Below are positions 56,856 through 64,000 of a stretch of DNA of 64,000 bases, one piece after another; position 1 is the first letter of the stretch, and each line of letters opens with the position of its first letter. A program made the position numbers and the translations under genes. The notes under the pieces are model-generated. The model was not told the DNA's origin. It worked only from the letters and a program-made list of their open reading frames with translations, and made no database searches. Source of the DNA: Patescibacteria group bacterium (lineage in GTDB: Bacteria; Patescibacteriota; Minisyncoccia; Phycocordibacterales; UBA9973); contig JAZKIP010000004.1 in the NCBI GenBank assembly GCA_040384805.1, positions 10,255 to 74,254 on the forward strand, written 5' to 3'.

Positions 56856-57626
56856 ATGAAAAAATTATATGCAGGTACTCTTGTCTTTATCCTGATATGC
56901 GCCTTTTCGTCCGCATCTCTCGTTCATGCGGAGAATGATGAAGGCAAAGGGGATAGGAACGACCGCGGAGGCCTTTTCAGGAATATGGGAAAGAATGATG
57001 GCAGGAATATGCGCGGCGACATGAAAGACATGCGCGACAGGAGGGAAGATGGCCCGTTCATGTACGGCACAGTCAGCGCCGTTGCAGGATCGACGATTAC
57101 GTTTACCACGAAAAGCATGAAGGGAACGACGACCACGTATACCGTTGATGCCGCACAGGCGAAAATTGAAAAGAATGGCGCAGCGAGTTCCGTTTCGGGT
57201 ATCACTGTCGGCGATATGATCAAGGTTGAAGGCGTGCTTAATGGAACGGCAATCGCCGCGACCCAGATACGGGTAACGGACAAGGACAAGAGCGACTCAT
57301 TCTTTGAAGGGAATGGCGAGCCTATCATCGGTGGTACGGTTACCGCGGTTTCCGGATCGACTATCACGATTACCAATAAAAGCGGCGTGGCTTATGCGAT
57401 TGATGCGTCAAACGCAAAATTCCTGAAAGAAAGCAAAACAGGATCTCTCTCCGATATAGCGGTGGGCGATACTCTCCTTGTGCAGGGCAGCATCAACGGC
57501 ACGGCAGTCACAGCGTCTGCGATCAGCGACCATGGCATGATCGCACTGAAGGCAGATGACGGTAAAAATCGCGGATTTTTCTTCAAGATCCGATCCTTCT
57601 TCTCCGGACTGTTCGATTCTCGCTAA
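56856..57626 (+). CDS. Secreted protein with two DUF5666-like repeat domains
   Basis: Signal peptide MKKLYAGTLVFILICAFSSASLVHA. Repeats GTVSAVAGSTITFTTKS ... VGDMIKVEGVLNGTAIAATQIRV and GGTVTAVSGSTITITNKS ... VGDTLLVQGSINGTAVTASAIS. The ORF track starts at 56739. Confidence 0.6.
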   Translation: MKKLYAGTLVFILICAFSSASLVHAENDEGKGDRNDRGGLFRNMGKNDGRNMRGDMKDMRDRREDGPFMYGTVSAVAGSTITFTTKSMKGTTTTYTVDAAQAKIEKNGAASSVSGITVGDMIKVEGVLNGTAIAATQIRVTDKDKSDSFFEGNGEPIIGGTVTAVSGSTITITNKSGVAYAIDASNAKFLKESKTGSLSDIAVGDTLLVQGSINGTAVTASAISDHGMIALKADDGKNRGFFFKIRSFFSGLFDSR

Positions 57627-57639
57627 TAGTGTTCTTGAT

Positions 57640-57670
57640 AATAAAAGGCTGGCAATTGCCAGCCTTTTAT
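57640..57670. terminator. Bidirectional terminator AAAAGGCTGGC-AATT-GCCAGCCTTTT
   Basis: Perfect 11-bp stem between convergent genes. Confidence 0.75.
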
Positions 57671-57677
57671 TATTTCT

Positions 57678-58844
57678 TTAATGAGAATGACCGCTATCTG
57701 TTTGGGGGATGGTCTTGGAACGGGTCAGAATAAGGATGGTCACGAAAGTGGTGATAGGAACGGCGAGAATCAATCCGATGCTGCCGACAAGGGTGCGGAC
57801 GATCTCGGTCGCGAATATTTCCCGATTGATCGTAAAATGAATCGGTTCCGGAGTGCCTGTCGAGAACAGGAGAAGCAGGGGCAAGGCGACGCCGACATAG
57901 GCGATCGCAAGAGTATTGACGAGAGCGCCGATATGCTCGCGACCGATGCGGGTTGCGCGCTTGTAGAGCGTCTTCTTGGACATGGCAGGATTGGCGCGAA
58001 GAAGCTCCTCGATGGCGACAGCCTGCCCGATGGCGCTGTCGTACAATACTCCGAGAAGTCCGATCAGTATTCCTCCCAAAAGGAGTCCTGACATATTGAT
58101 GATGCCCTCTGTATTATAATTAAGATATATCGTCGCATCGTCAGAGTATCCTGAAAGGAAACTTGTCTTTACCGCGATGCTTGCCAGAATCCCCGTCAGA
58201 GTCACCGTCACGATCATGCCGATCACAGCCGAAAGGGTGGTCTTGTTGAATCCATGAGTGATGAAAGAGCCCACGATTATAATGATCGACGATGCTCCCA
58301 ATGAAACAAGAATCGGCGAATATCCGTGAAGTATTCCGGGGATCAGGACATACATGATAAGTCCAAGGCTTCCGATGAGGCTCGCAAGTCCCCGGATGCC
58401 CTGAATGCCCCCGAATATAAGAAGAATGATCAGAAAAAGAATCGCGAAGAAAAGTATCGAACCAAGGCGATTCGGCTCAAGAATCGTGTATGTGTCGTTG
58501 CCATCATCGGAGTGCGTGATCCGGTTGGCGAAGAATTTCTGACCGACATCAAGAAGAATATAATCATTCTCCATGGTTATGAGCTTGCCTTTGGCGCTGC
58601 CTGAGAGTACCGTGGCCGTGATTGTCTGCGTCGTTTCCGGAAGACCGGCAAATTCGATCTCCCCCTTTTCAACCTTGTCGATCGATATGACGATTGCCTC
58701 GACGACCTCCGTTTTATCCTGCATTATTTCCGCGGCATGAACGCTCGGGGAAAAAGAAAAAATTACAGCCGAGGTCGCCAGTGTCAAAAAGAATGCCGAG
58801 AAATGAAATGTTATTTGTGCGCGCATGTATTGCAAAGTCCCCAC
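57678..58844 (-). CDS. YibE/F family multi-pass membrane protein
   Basis: N-terminal signal plus extracytoplasmic domain, then 6-7 TM helices (GLIMYVLIPGILHGYSPILVSLGASSIIIIVGSFITHG ...). Confidence 0.6.
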   Translation of the reverse strand: MGTLQYMRAQITFHFSAFFLTLATSAVIFSFSPSVHAAEIMQDKTEVVEAIVISIDKVEKGEIEFAGLPETTQTITATVLSGSAKGKLITMENDYILLDVGQKFFANRITHSDDGNDTYTILEPNRLGSILFFAILFLIILLIFGGIQGIRGLASLIGSLGLIMYVLIPGILHGYSPILVSLGASSIIIIVGSFITHGFNKTTLSAVIGMIVTVTLTGILASIAVKTSFLSGYSDDATIYLNYNTEGIINMSGLLLGGILIGLLGVLYDSAIGQAVAIEELLRANPAMSKKTLYKRATRIGREHIGALVNTLAIAYVGVALPLLLLFSTGTPEPIHFTINREIFATEIVRTLVGSIGLILAVPITTFVTILILTRSKTIPQTDSGHSH

Positions 58845-59257
58845 AGATCGAAAGAGTGATGCGATATGGATTTAAAATTCTTGACCTGCCGGAGAGCTTT
58901 ATCGATTATAGCCTCCGACTCGCATCCCGTAAAATCCGAAACGGTTTTGCACTCAAGGCATATAATGTGGTGATGATCTTCCTTCTGATCAACGATTTCA
59001 TACTGTGCCTCACGGCTCCCGACATCGACGCGTTTCAGAATACCCTTTTTGCTCAATGCATCGGCGATCCGATATACCGTCACGCGATCGATCCCCCGCA
59101 GGGATAATGTGTTCGTCATAAACTCTATTGACAGCGGTTTTGTTGGATTATTTAATAATAAAATACAAAAGGCGATCCGGGCGTTGGTCTTTTTAAGGCC
59201 GGCTTTATCGAGCATCGTTTTTGCTCTCTGTAATTTTTCTTCTTGACTTCGGGACAT
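58811..59257 (-). CDS. zur: Fur family metalloregulator, probably Zur
   Basis: TNARIAFCILLLNNPTKPLSIEF ... VTVYRIADALSKKGIL ... HHHIICLECKTVSDF ... CNTCAHK (DNA-binding wHTH plus CxxC metal sites). Divergent from a ZIP transporter gene. The ORF track extends to 59293. Confidence 0.75.
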   Translation of the reverse strand: MSRSQEEKLQRAKTMLDKAGLKKTNARIAFCILLLNNPTKPLSIEFMTNTLSLRGIDRVTVYRIADALSKKGILKRVDVGSREAQYEIVDQKEDHHHIICLECKTVSDFTGCESEAIIDKALRQVKNFKSISHHSFDLWGLCNTCAHK

Positions 59258-59316
59258 ACTACGGATTATAATATAGATGCAACTAATTTGCAATTATTAT
59301 CTTATCACTATATACA

Positions 59317-60048
59317 ATGATCATACTTATCAGCATCCTGGCTTTTATCATGACTCTTTTGGGAGGCCTTTTCGCCCTTCGATTCAAGGATAAGCTTCAC
59401 CTTATACTCGGGTTCAGCGCGGGCGCCATTATCGCCGTTGCGTTCTTCGATCTCATACCAGAAGCTCTGGAACTTGGCGCAAGCGCGTATACGACGCATG
59501 AAATTATTTCCCTTATCGCGGTCGGCTTCTTTTTCTTTATGATCCTCGATCGCTTCGTTATCTTTCACAGCCATCATTCCGACGACGGGCACGAACACGG
59601 CCATGACCGCCCGAAACGGGGACAGCTCGGAGCGGGAAGCCTTGCCATCCACAGCTTTCTCGACGGTCTTGCGATTGGCTTGGCTTTCCAGGTTTCAAGC
59701 GCCGTCGGCGTGATCGTTACGACCGCCGTCCTTGTCCATGATTTTTCCGACGGCATCAATACGGTCAATCTGATTCTTAAAAACAAAGGAAGCGTGAAGA
59801 CGGCCCGCAAGTGGCTTGTGATCGACGCGCTTGCGCCTGTTTTAGGCGTCAGTGCCACGATGTTTTTTTCTTTACCCGCATCTGCCCTCGGGATCATCCT
59901 TGCGATGTTTGCAGGATTCTTTCTTTATATCGGCGCGAGCGACTTGCTGCCTGAAAGCCATCACGGGCATCCGCGGGCATGGACGACGATCGCGACTCTC
60001 ATCGGAGTGGCGGTACTCTATGGAGCGATCCAATTAGCAGGAGTCTAG
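59317..60048 (+). CDS. zupT: ZIP family zinc/metal transporter (ZupT-like)
   Basis: Eight TM helices. His-rich loop HSHHSDDGHEHGHD. Signature HSFLDGLAIGLAF. Confidence 0.85.
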   Translation: MIILISILAFIMTLLGGLFALRFKDKLHLILGFSAGAIIAVAFFDLIPEALELGASAYTTHEIISLIAVGFFFFMILDRFVIFHSHHSDDGHEHGHDRPKRGQLGAGSLAIHSFLDGLAIGLAFQVSSAVGVIVTTAVLVHDFSDGINTVNLILKNKGSVKTARKWLVIDALAPVLGVSATMFFSLPASALGIILAMFAGFFLYIGASDLLPESHHGHPRAWTTIATLIGVAVLYGAIQLAGV

Positions 60049-60049
60049 A

Positions 60050-60721
60050 TCAGCCTTTTATCCTGTATTCATTAACTGTATTGTGAGCCATGCGCGTCGG
60101 CTCCGGAAGCCTGTGCTTTAAGACGCACCTTTTTACGATCTCTATGGATTCCTCAAGGGTGATCAAGTGTCCGGGGGAGACGAAGATAGGCTTGACGTTT
60201 TTCTTCGTCCTGATTGCTGCGCCGATGATTTCGGTCTTATTGAATTTATCGTAGAGATACGAGATCGATCCGGGAACGTTTGCCGGTTCTGTATAGATTC
60301 CGGTCAGGACGCTTTTGGCGCAGCCGATCGTCGGTACATTCAAAACAAGCCCGAGATGGGTTGCGATGCCCAACCTGCGCGGATGAGCGATGCCCACGCC
60401 GTCAACGACGATGACATCCGGTTTCTTTTTTAATTTTTCCCAGGCTTTCAAAAGCATTGGGATCTCGCGGAATGAGAGAAGTCCGGGAATGTACGGGAAT
60501 CCGATCGTGTCTTTGATGACGCTGTGATCGACGACCGAAAGATCAGGATATGAAAGAGTAACGAATCCGGCAAAGCCGTCCGCGGCAAAGAGATTCATGC
60601 TGACATCGGCTCCGCCGATATATGAGACTTTTCGTTCAAGGGGAATAAGCCTTACTTTGTCCTTCAGCGTTTTCTGTATTTCGATCGCCTCTTTGGGCGT
60701 GACGCTCCAGATAGTTTTCAT
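60050..60721 (-). CDS. nfi: Endonuclease V (deoxyinosine 3' endonuclease)
   Basis: YIGGADVS ... GFPYIPGLLSFREIP ... VIVVDGVGIAHPRRLGIATHLGL ... PTIGCAKS. Confidence 0.85.
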   Translation of the reverse strand: MKTIWSVTPKEAIEIQKTLKDKVRLIPLERKVSYIGGADVSMNLFAADGFAGFVTLSYPDLSVVDHSVIKDTIGFPYIPGLLSFREIPMLLKAWEKLKKKPDVIVVDGVGIAHPRRLGIATHLGLVLNVPTIGCAKSVLTGIYTEPANVPGSISYLYDKFNKTEIIGAAIRTKKNVKPIFVSPGHLITLEESIEIVKRCVLKHRLPEPTRMAHNTVNEYRIKG

Positions 60722-61203
60722 TAGTTCTTGCTGAAAGTTTTGAAAGGAGGCTGAATAATCTGAGGCGGGTTATTCACCGCCTTGCTCAAGTAATCGCGAT
60801 ATGTGCCGATTTTTTCGAGAGCCTTTCTCTTGTTCTCAGGATTGTTTGCGGAGGGAACTATATGATGGTGAGTATTATAAAGAGACCGGGAGTTCTTTTT
60901 TGTAGATAAATATTCGTCAACAGCTTGACCTGTTAAAACCATTTCATCATTGGAATTTTTCTGACGTTCCAAGATCCAAGTGAAAAATCCCGCGTCAAAG
61001 TCCCCGGGAATCGCCAGAATTTCTTTCTCCACTCTCCCGAGTTTTTCTTTATATTTTCTAGCTTCTTCTAGGAAAAGCTCTGTAGCCTGCCTTTCTTTTT
61101 CGAATACGGAATCGATTCCCTTATCCATCTTCGACCTCTCTTCGCTGTTTATTTTTTCATTAAAAAATGAAAACTGTTTGTCCATAGATGAAGTATATAG
61201 CAA
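60721..61203 (-). CDS. Hypothetical protein, paralog of 63038-63592
   Basis: EILAIPGDFDAGFFTWILERQKNSNDEMVLTGQAVDEYLSTKKNSRSLYNTHHH aligns with SILEHPEDFDTEFFKKILLGNQKNDLTEEAVLSRSIEEYAEKKSGLRILHNPNF of the upstream paralog. Confidence 0.45.
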   Translation of the reverse strand: MLYTSSMDKQFSFFNEKINSEERSKMDKGIDSVFEKERQATELFLEEARKYKEKLGRVEKEILAIPGDFDAGFFTWILERQKNSNDEMVLTGQAVDEYLSTKKNSRSLYNTHHHIVPSANNPENKRKALEKIGTYRDYLSKAVNNPPQIIQPPFKTFSKN

Positions 61204-61245
61204 ATAAAGAGAATATGTAAAGACGGCGACGAGGCGCGAATCCGG

Positions 61246-63036
61246 CTAAAAGGCTTCAGTCAGTGATCTGTAAAGGTCTTTGCCCAGATGCTCTTTGAGC
61301 CGTTCTTTTGCTTTTGTGTGCAGGAGTTCCATATAGTGATTTCTCGTTTCAGGAGTGACGAAGTTGTCAAGAAAGGTGTGGAAACTCTTTATAAAAGAAG
61401 CGATATTTTGGACCAAAGCTTGTTCTTGGGTTTCAGCCTTTTCGATATGCCTGAAACCTCCCCTGCCCCCGATGAAGTGCCTAACGGAGCCGCTATCTTT
61501 ATTGCAGGTATACGAGAAAGATTCCTGCGGGCTCATTATCTGCTTTCGGTCCTCAGAGATTTTAATCATATCATCGAGGGCATACTTAAGCAGGAAAGAA
61601 ATATTAGGGATTGTATCGATCTTTTGCTTCTGAAATCGTTCCGCCTCTTTGCCGAATAAAAGAACTTCATGGGGAGATAGACTAAGATCAACCGTCGTAG
61701 TGTCTGTCTCGTTCACATCAGGCCTTTCAAAAAGAGAGAATGTCCTGACTCCAAGAATATCTTTCAGCCGGCGGTGAATCTGGCGTTCTTCAAAAGGAGT
61801 TACATCCCCCTCGGCATATCCGGCTCTTTTATAGGCATCAGCTATAATGCGAGCAGAAGCCTTTAGCGTGCCGGAATGATGAGCGGAGAAAGGTTTTTTA
61901 AAGAGAATTTTATTTTTATCGAAACTATTGATGAATGTGGAGTTGTCGGCGGAATCATATATCTCGTCCGAAAGACTGTAGAATTGCTTCGGCCGAGCGG
62001 CAAGTAGAAGGCGGGCCTGTGTATCGAGCACCAGATCCGTATCGTTATGCATTGAAGGTGAATGGGAATAGTCGGCACCTGCCATCACCACGACAGGAAC
62101 CTCGCGACCTGCTTCTTGCAAGGAAGCCCGAATCATCTCTTGCAGATGAGGGATTGCCTGTCTGTATTGTTCGGCGTTCGTTATGCTGCCTGTTAATTTT
62201 TTATTCTCGTTGTTTACCGAATCATAGTAATTGCCTCCCATTATGCCGATGTCGATCGTACCGGGTTTGGCGCGCAAAACAAGCTCTGCAAGACTGATAG
62301 CAAGATCGTTCTTGAAATTCTCTTTCTCTGTGGAAAGAAAAAAGCTCGGATTTTGGTGCGATAAGAATGATATTTGTTTTCCGGTTTCTTTATCTTCCGC
62401 GACCGCCAGAATGCTCGAGCAATTTTTATATGAATGAGATCGCTTTGGGCTTTCATCTACGCCGGAGATGACATATCCCGGAAAGCCTCCTCGCATGCCT
62501 TGTTTCTCTGTATTTTCCTTATCATCATAATAATTAACGAGAGTTCCTTCGATAAATTGCCTGCCTGCTCCTTCTCCGAGCGCAAAGCGTATATATTGCT
62601 TTGGATCGGAGGAATCGTACATGCGGAGCTTTATGCGGTCCCGCTCGGCATTTTCAAGGTGAGTGCCTTTAAGCGAATCGGGAATACTGTTCTTTTGATA
62701 GAGCCGCGTTTCTTCTTGCACATAACCTTCCTTTTTGAAGAAATTAAGGATTCTTACAATATCTGCCTTCTGATTTTTAAAAATTGCGGAAGGAGAACGT
62801 GCCTCCTTTCGTTTTAAAGATACCAGCACGTCGGTTATCTTCTCGGGATTTTCTTTTAAATAATTCTTCGCATCTTCCGGTGAGTGTATCCCGACACCAA
62901 TGTCCACTCCAAGCTCGCGGCAGATATCGTAAAGGTCTGCGAAAACCTTGTTCTTTGCTTCCGATCGGTTTTCAGGCTCAGGAGTGTTGTCCTTGCGTGG
63001 CCCGGGTTTGGGGAGATGGTTTCCTATTTTTTCCAT
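61246..63036 (-). CDS. Hypothetical 596-aa protein (no recognised domain) flanked by two small paralogs
   Basis: Long ORF with conserved-looking Gly/His/Cys patches (GGFPGYVISGVDE, CSSILAVAED, VVVMAGADYSHSPSMHND). Function unknown. Confidence 0.45.
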   Translation of the reverse strand: MEKIGNHLPKPGPRKDNTPEPENRSEAKNKVFADLYDICRELGVDIGVGIHSPEDAKNYLKENPEKITDVLVSLKRKEARSPSAIFKNQKADIVRILNFFKKEGYVQEETRLYQKNSIPDSLKGTHLENAERDRIKLRMYDSSDPKQYIRFALGEGAGRQFIEGTLVNYYDDKENTEKQGMRGGFPGYVISGVDESPKRSHSYKNCSSILAVAEDKETGKQISFLSHQNPSFFLSTEKENFKNDLAISLAELVLRAKPGTIDIGIMGGNYYDSVNNENKKLTGSITNAEQYRQAIPHLQEMIRASLQEAGREVPVVVMAGADYSHSPSMHNDTDLVLDTQARLLLAARPKQFYSLSDEIYDSADNSTFINSFDKNKILFKKPFSAHHSGTLKASARIIADAYKRAGYAEGDVTPFEERQIHRRLKDILGVRTFSLFERPDVNETDTTTVDLSLSPHEVLLFGKEAERFQKQKIDTIPNISFLLKYALDDMIKISEDRKQIMSPQESFSYTCNKDSGSVRHFIGGRGGFRHIEKAETQEQALVQNIASFIKSFHTFLDNFVTPETRNHYMELLHTKAKERLKEHLGKDLYRSLTEAF

Positions 63037-63037
63037 T

Positions 63038-63592
63038 TTAATTTTCCCTGTTATCTCTCTTGGATTTATGCATGGCGGGCAGATCGGCTATTCTGATGCG
63101 CAGGATCTCGCGATAGTCCCTGATTTTTTCGAGCATCTCTTCCGTATCGCTTAGATTGTTTTCGGGAAAAGTCGCGTAAAAATTCGGATTATGTAGAATT
63201 CGCAGCCCGGACTTTTTTTCCGCATATTCTTCGATTGAGCGGGACAGAACGGCTTCTTCGGTAAGATCATTCTTCTGGTTTCCAAGAAGGATTTTCTTGA
63301 AAAACTCCGTATCGAAATCCTCGGGATGTTCGAGGATGCTGCTCTCTGCTCTTACGATTTGCTCTTCCAGAATAGCGGTTTCTTTCTGGATGAGGGCCTG
63401 GCGTTCTTCCTCGCGAAATCGTTCCTGATCAAAAACGGCGTTGGCTGTTGTGTGTGCTTGATCTCGTTCCTTTTTATTTCCTCCTTTGAAATATAAAAAT
63501 CCTTTATTATCCATACATGACAGTATATAGGAAAATCGGCAAATAGGGGAATATGGTATTATGATCATATGCCACCTAAAAAAAGGGCACAA
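63038..63592 (-). CDS. Hypothetical protein, paralog of 60721-61203 (ORF begins at a TTG; probable true start at the internal Met near 63512)
   Basis: See paralog alignment. MDNKGFLYFKGGNKKERDQ. Confidence 0.4.
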   Translation of the reverse strand: MCPFFRWHMIIIPYSPICRFSYILSCMDNKGFLYFKGGNKKERDQAHTTANAVFDQERFREEERQALIQKETAILEEQIVRAESSILEHPEDFDTEFFKKILLGNQKNDLTEEAVLSRSIEEYAEKKSGLRILHNPNFYATFPENNLSDTEEMLEKIRDYREILRIRIADLPAMHKSKRDNREN

Positions 63593-64000
63593 CCCCAGTC
63601 AAATCTCTTTAGCCTCTTGAAGCCCTACCGGGGGCTCGTTATTCTTCTGGTGATCCTGACCGTCCTGCCGTCGGCTCTTAATCTTGCGGTGCCCCAGATC
63701 ATCGCCCGCGCTATTGATACCTTCACGGCCGGGAATTTTTCTCTGCGGACGGTCATTATCGAGTTCTCGATCGTGGCAATCCTTATATTCATCTTCACGT
63801 ATCTTCAAAATATCGTTCAGGTTTATGCGGCTGAGCGCGTAGCGCGCGATCTGCGCACGAAGCTTGCCGCGAAAATTTCTCTTCAGGACTATGCATTCGT
63901 CGAGGATAGGGGATCGGCGACGCTTCTGACGAATCTGACAAGCGATGCTGATGCGGTCAAAAACTTCGTTTCGCAGGCGATCTCTTCCATTATCTCCTCG
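63569..64000 (+). CDS. ABC transporter permease/ATP-binding protein, N-terminal TM domain (partial, runs past the window end)
   Basis: Manual translation MPPKKRAQPQSNLFSLLKPYRGLVILLVILTVLPSALNLAVPQIIARAIDT ... LQNIVQVYAAERVARDLRTKLAAKISLQDYAFVEDRGSATLLTNLTSDADAVKNF is typical of the ABC exporter TMD. Open to the window end. Confidence 0.7.
   Translation, partial: MPPKKRAQPQSNLFSLLKPYRGLVILLVILTVLPSALNLAVPQIIARAIDTFTAGNFSLRTVIIEFSIVAILIFIFTYLQNIVQVYAAERVARDLRTKLAAKISLQDYAFVEDRGSATLLTNLTSDADAVKNFVSQAISSIISS

Noticed and set aside
56924-57586. 150-aa and 64-aa minus-strand ORFs
   Set aside because: Antisense to the DUF5666-repeat secreted protein gene.
1-64000. CRISPR array or rRNA genes
   Set aside because: No run of regularly spaced short direct repeats and no rRNA-like conserved stretches were seen anywhere in the window. 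The only tandem repeats are the protein-coding fibre repeats and the 36-bp Pro/Gly repeat at 2575-2646.

Overview
This 64-kb window comes from a low-GC bacterium with small, tightly packed genes. The gene content (a short Taq-like PolA, a minimal holA-like gene, type IV pilus genes, many small secreted or hypothetical proteins, and a diversity-generating retroelement) is what is usually reported for Candidate Phyla Radiation/Patescibacteria. That taxonomic assignment is an inference.

Housekeeping genes are present: tsaE, polA, a holA-like gene, a SpoU-class RNA methyltransferase, mutM, ruvA, rpsT, nfi, zur/zupT, a PadR-PspC pair and a pilB-pilC-pilin cluster framed by a receiver protein and a sensor kinase.

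Accessory DNA sits between them:
(i) A class-II Fic gene bracketed by 112-bp direct repeats, next to a 575-aa cysteine-rich multi-zinc-ribbon gene and a 3'-terminal remnant of a paralog of that gene. tRNA-Lys lies beside it, with a second copy of the tRNA 5' end about 1.4 kb away.
(ii) A ~5.9-kb integrated element bounded by tRNA-Arg and a 15-bp copy of the tRNA 3' end. It carries a large serine recombinase and three unknown cargo genes.
(iii) A 560-aa protein with a TIR-like domain.
(iv) A complete DGR: a target gene with a C-terminal VR, a TR whose mismatches fall almost only at TR adenines, an Avd-like gene on the opposite strand, and an RT split by a 1-nt frameshift. It lies directly upstream of a 1390-aa secreted fibre made of phage-tail-fibre-like repeats with a C-terminal S74-type intramolecular chaperone domain, followed by a peptidoglycan-binding secreted protein.
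(v) A three-gene operon of unknown function with two small paralogs flanking a 596-aa protein.

Several unusually long perfect palindromes (30-40 bp) and terminator hairpins share CGATC(N)GATCG cores.

Manual coordinates may be off by a few bp. The displayed sequence line near 63.5 kb appears 2 nt short relative to the ORF-track numbering.
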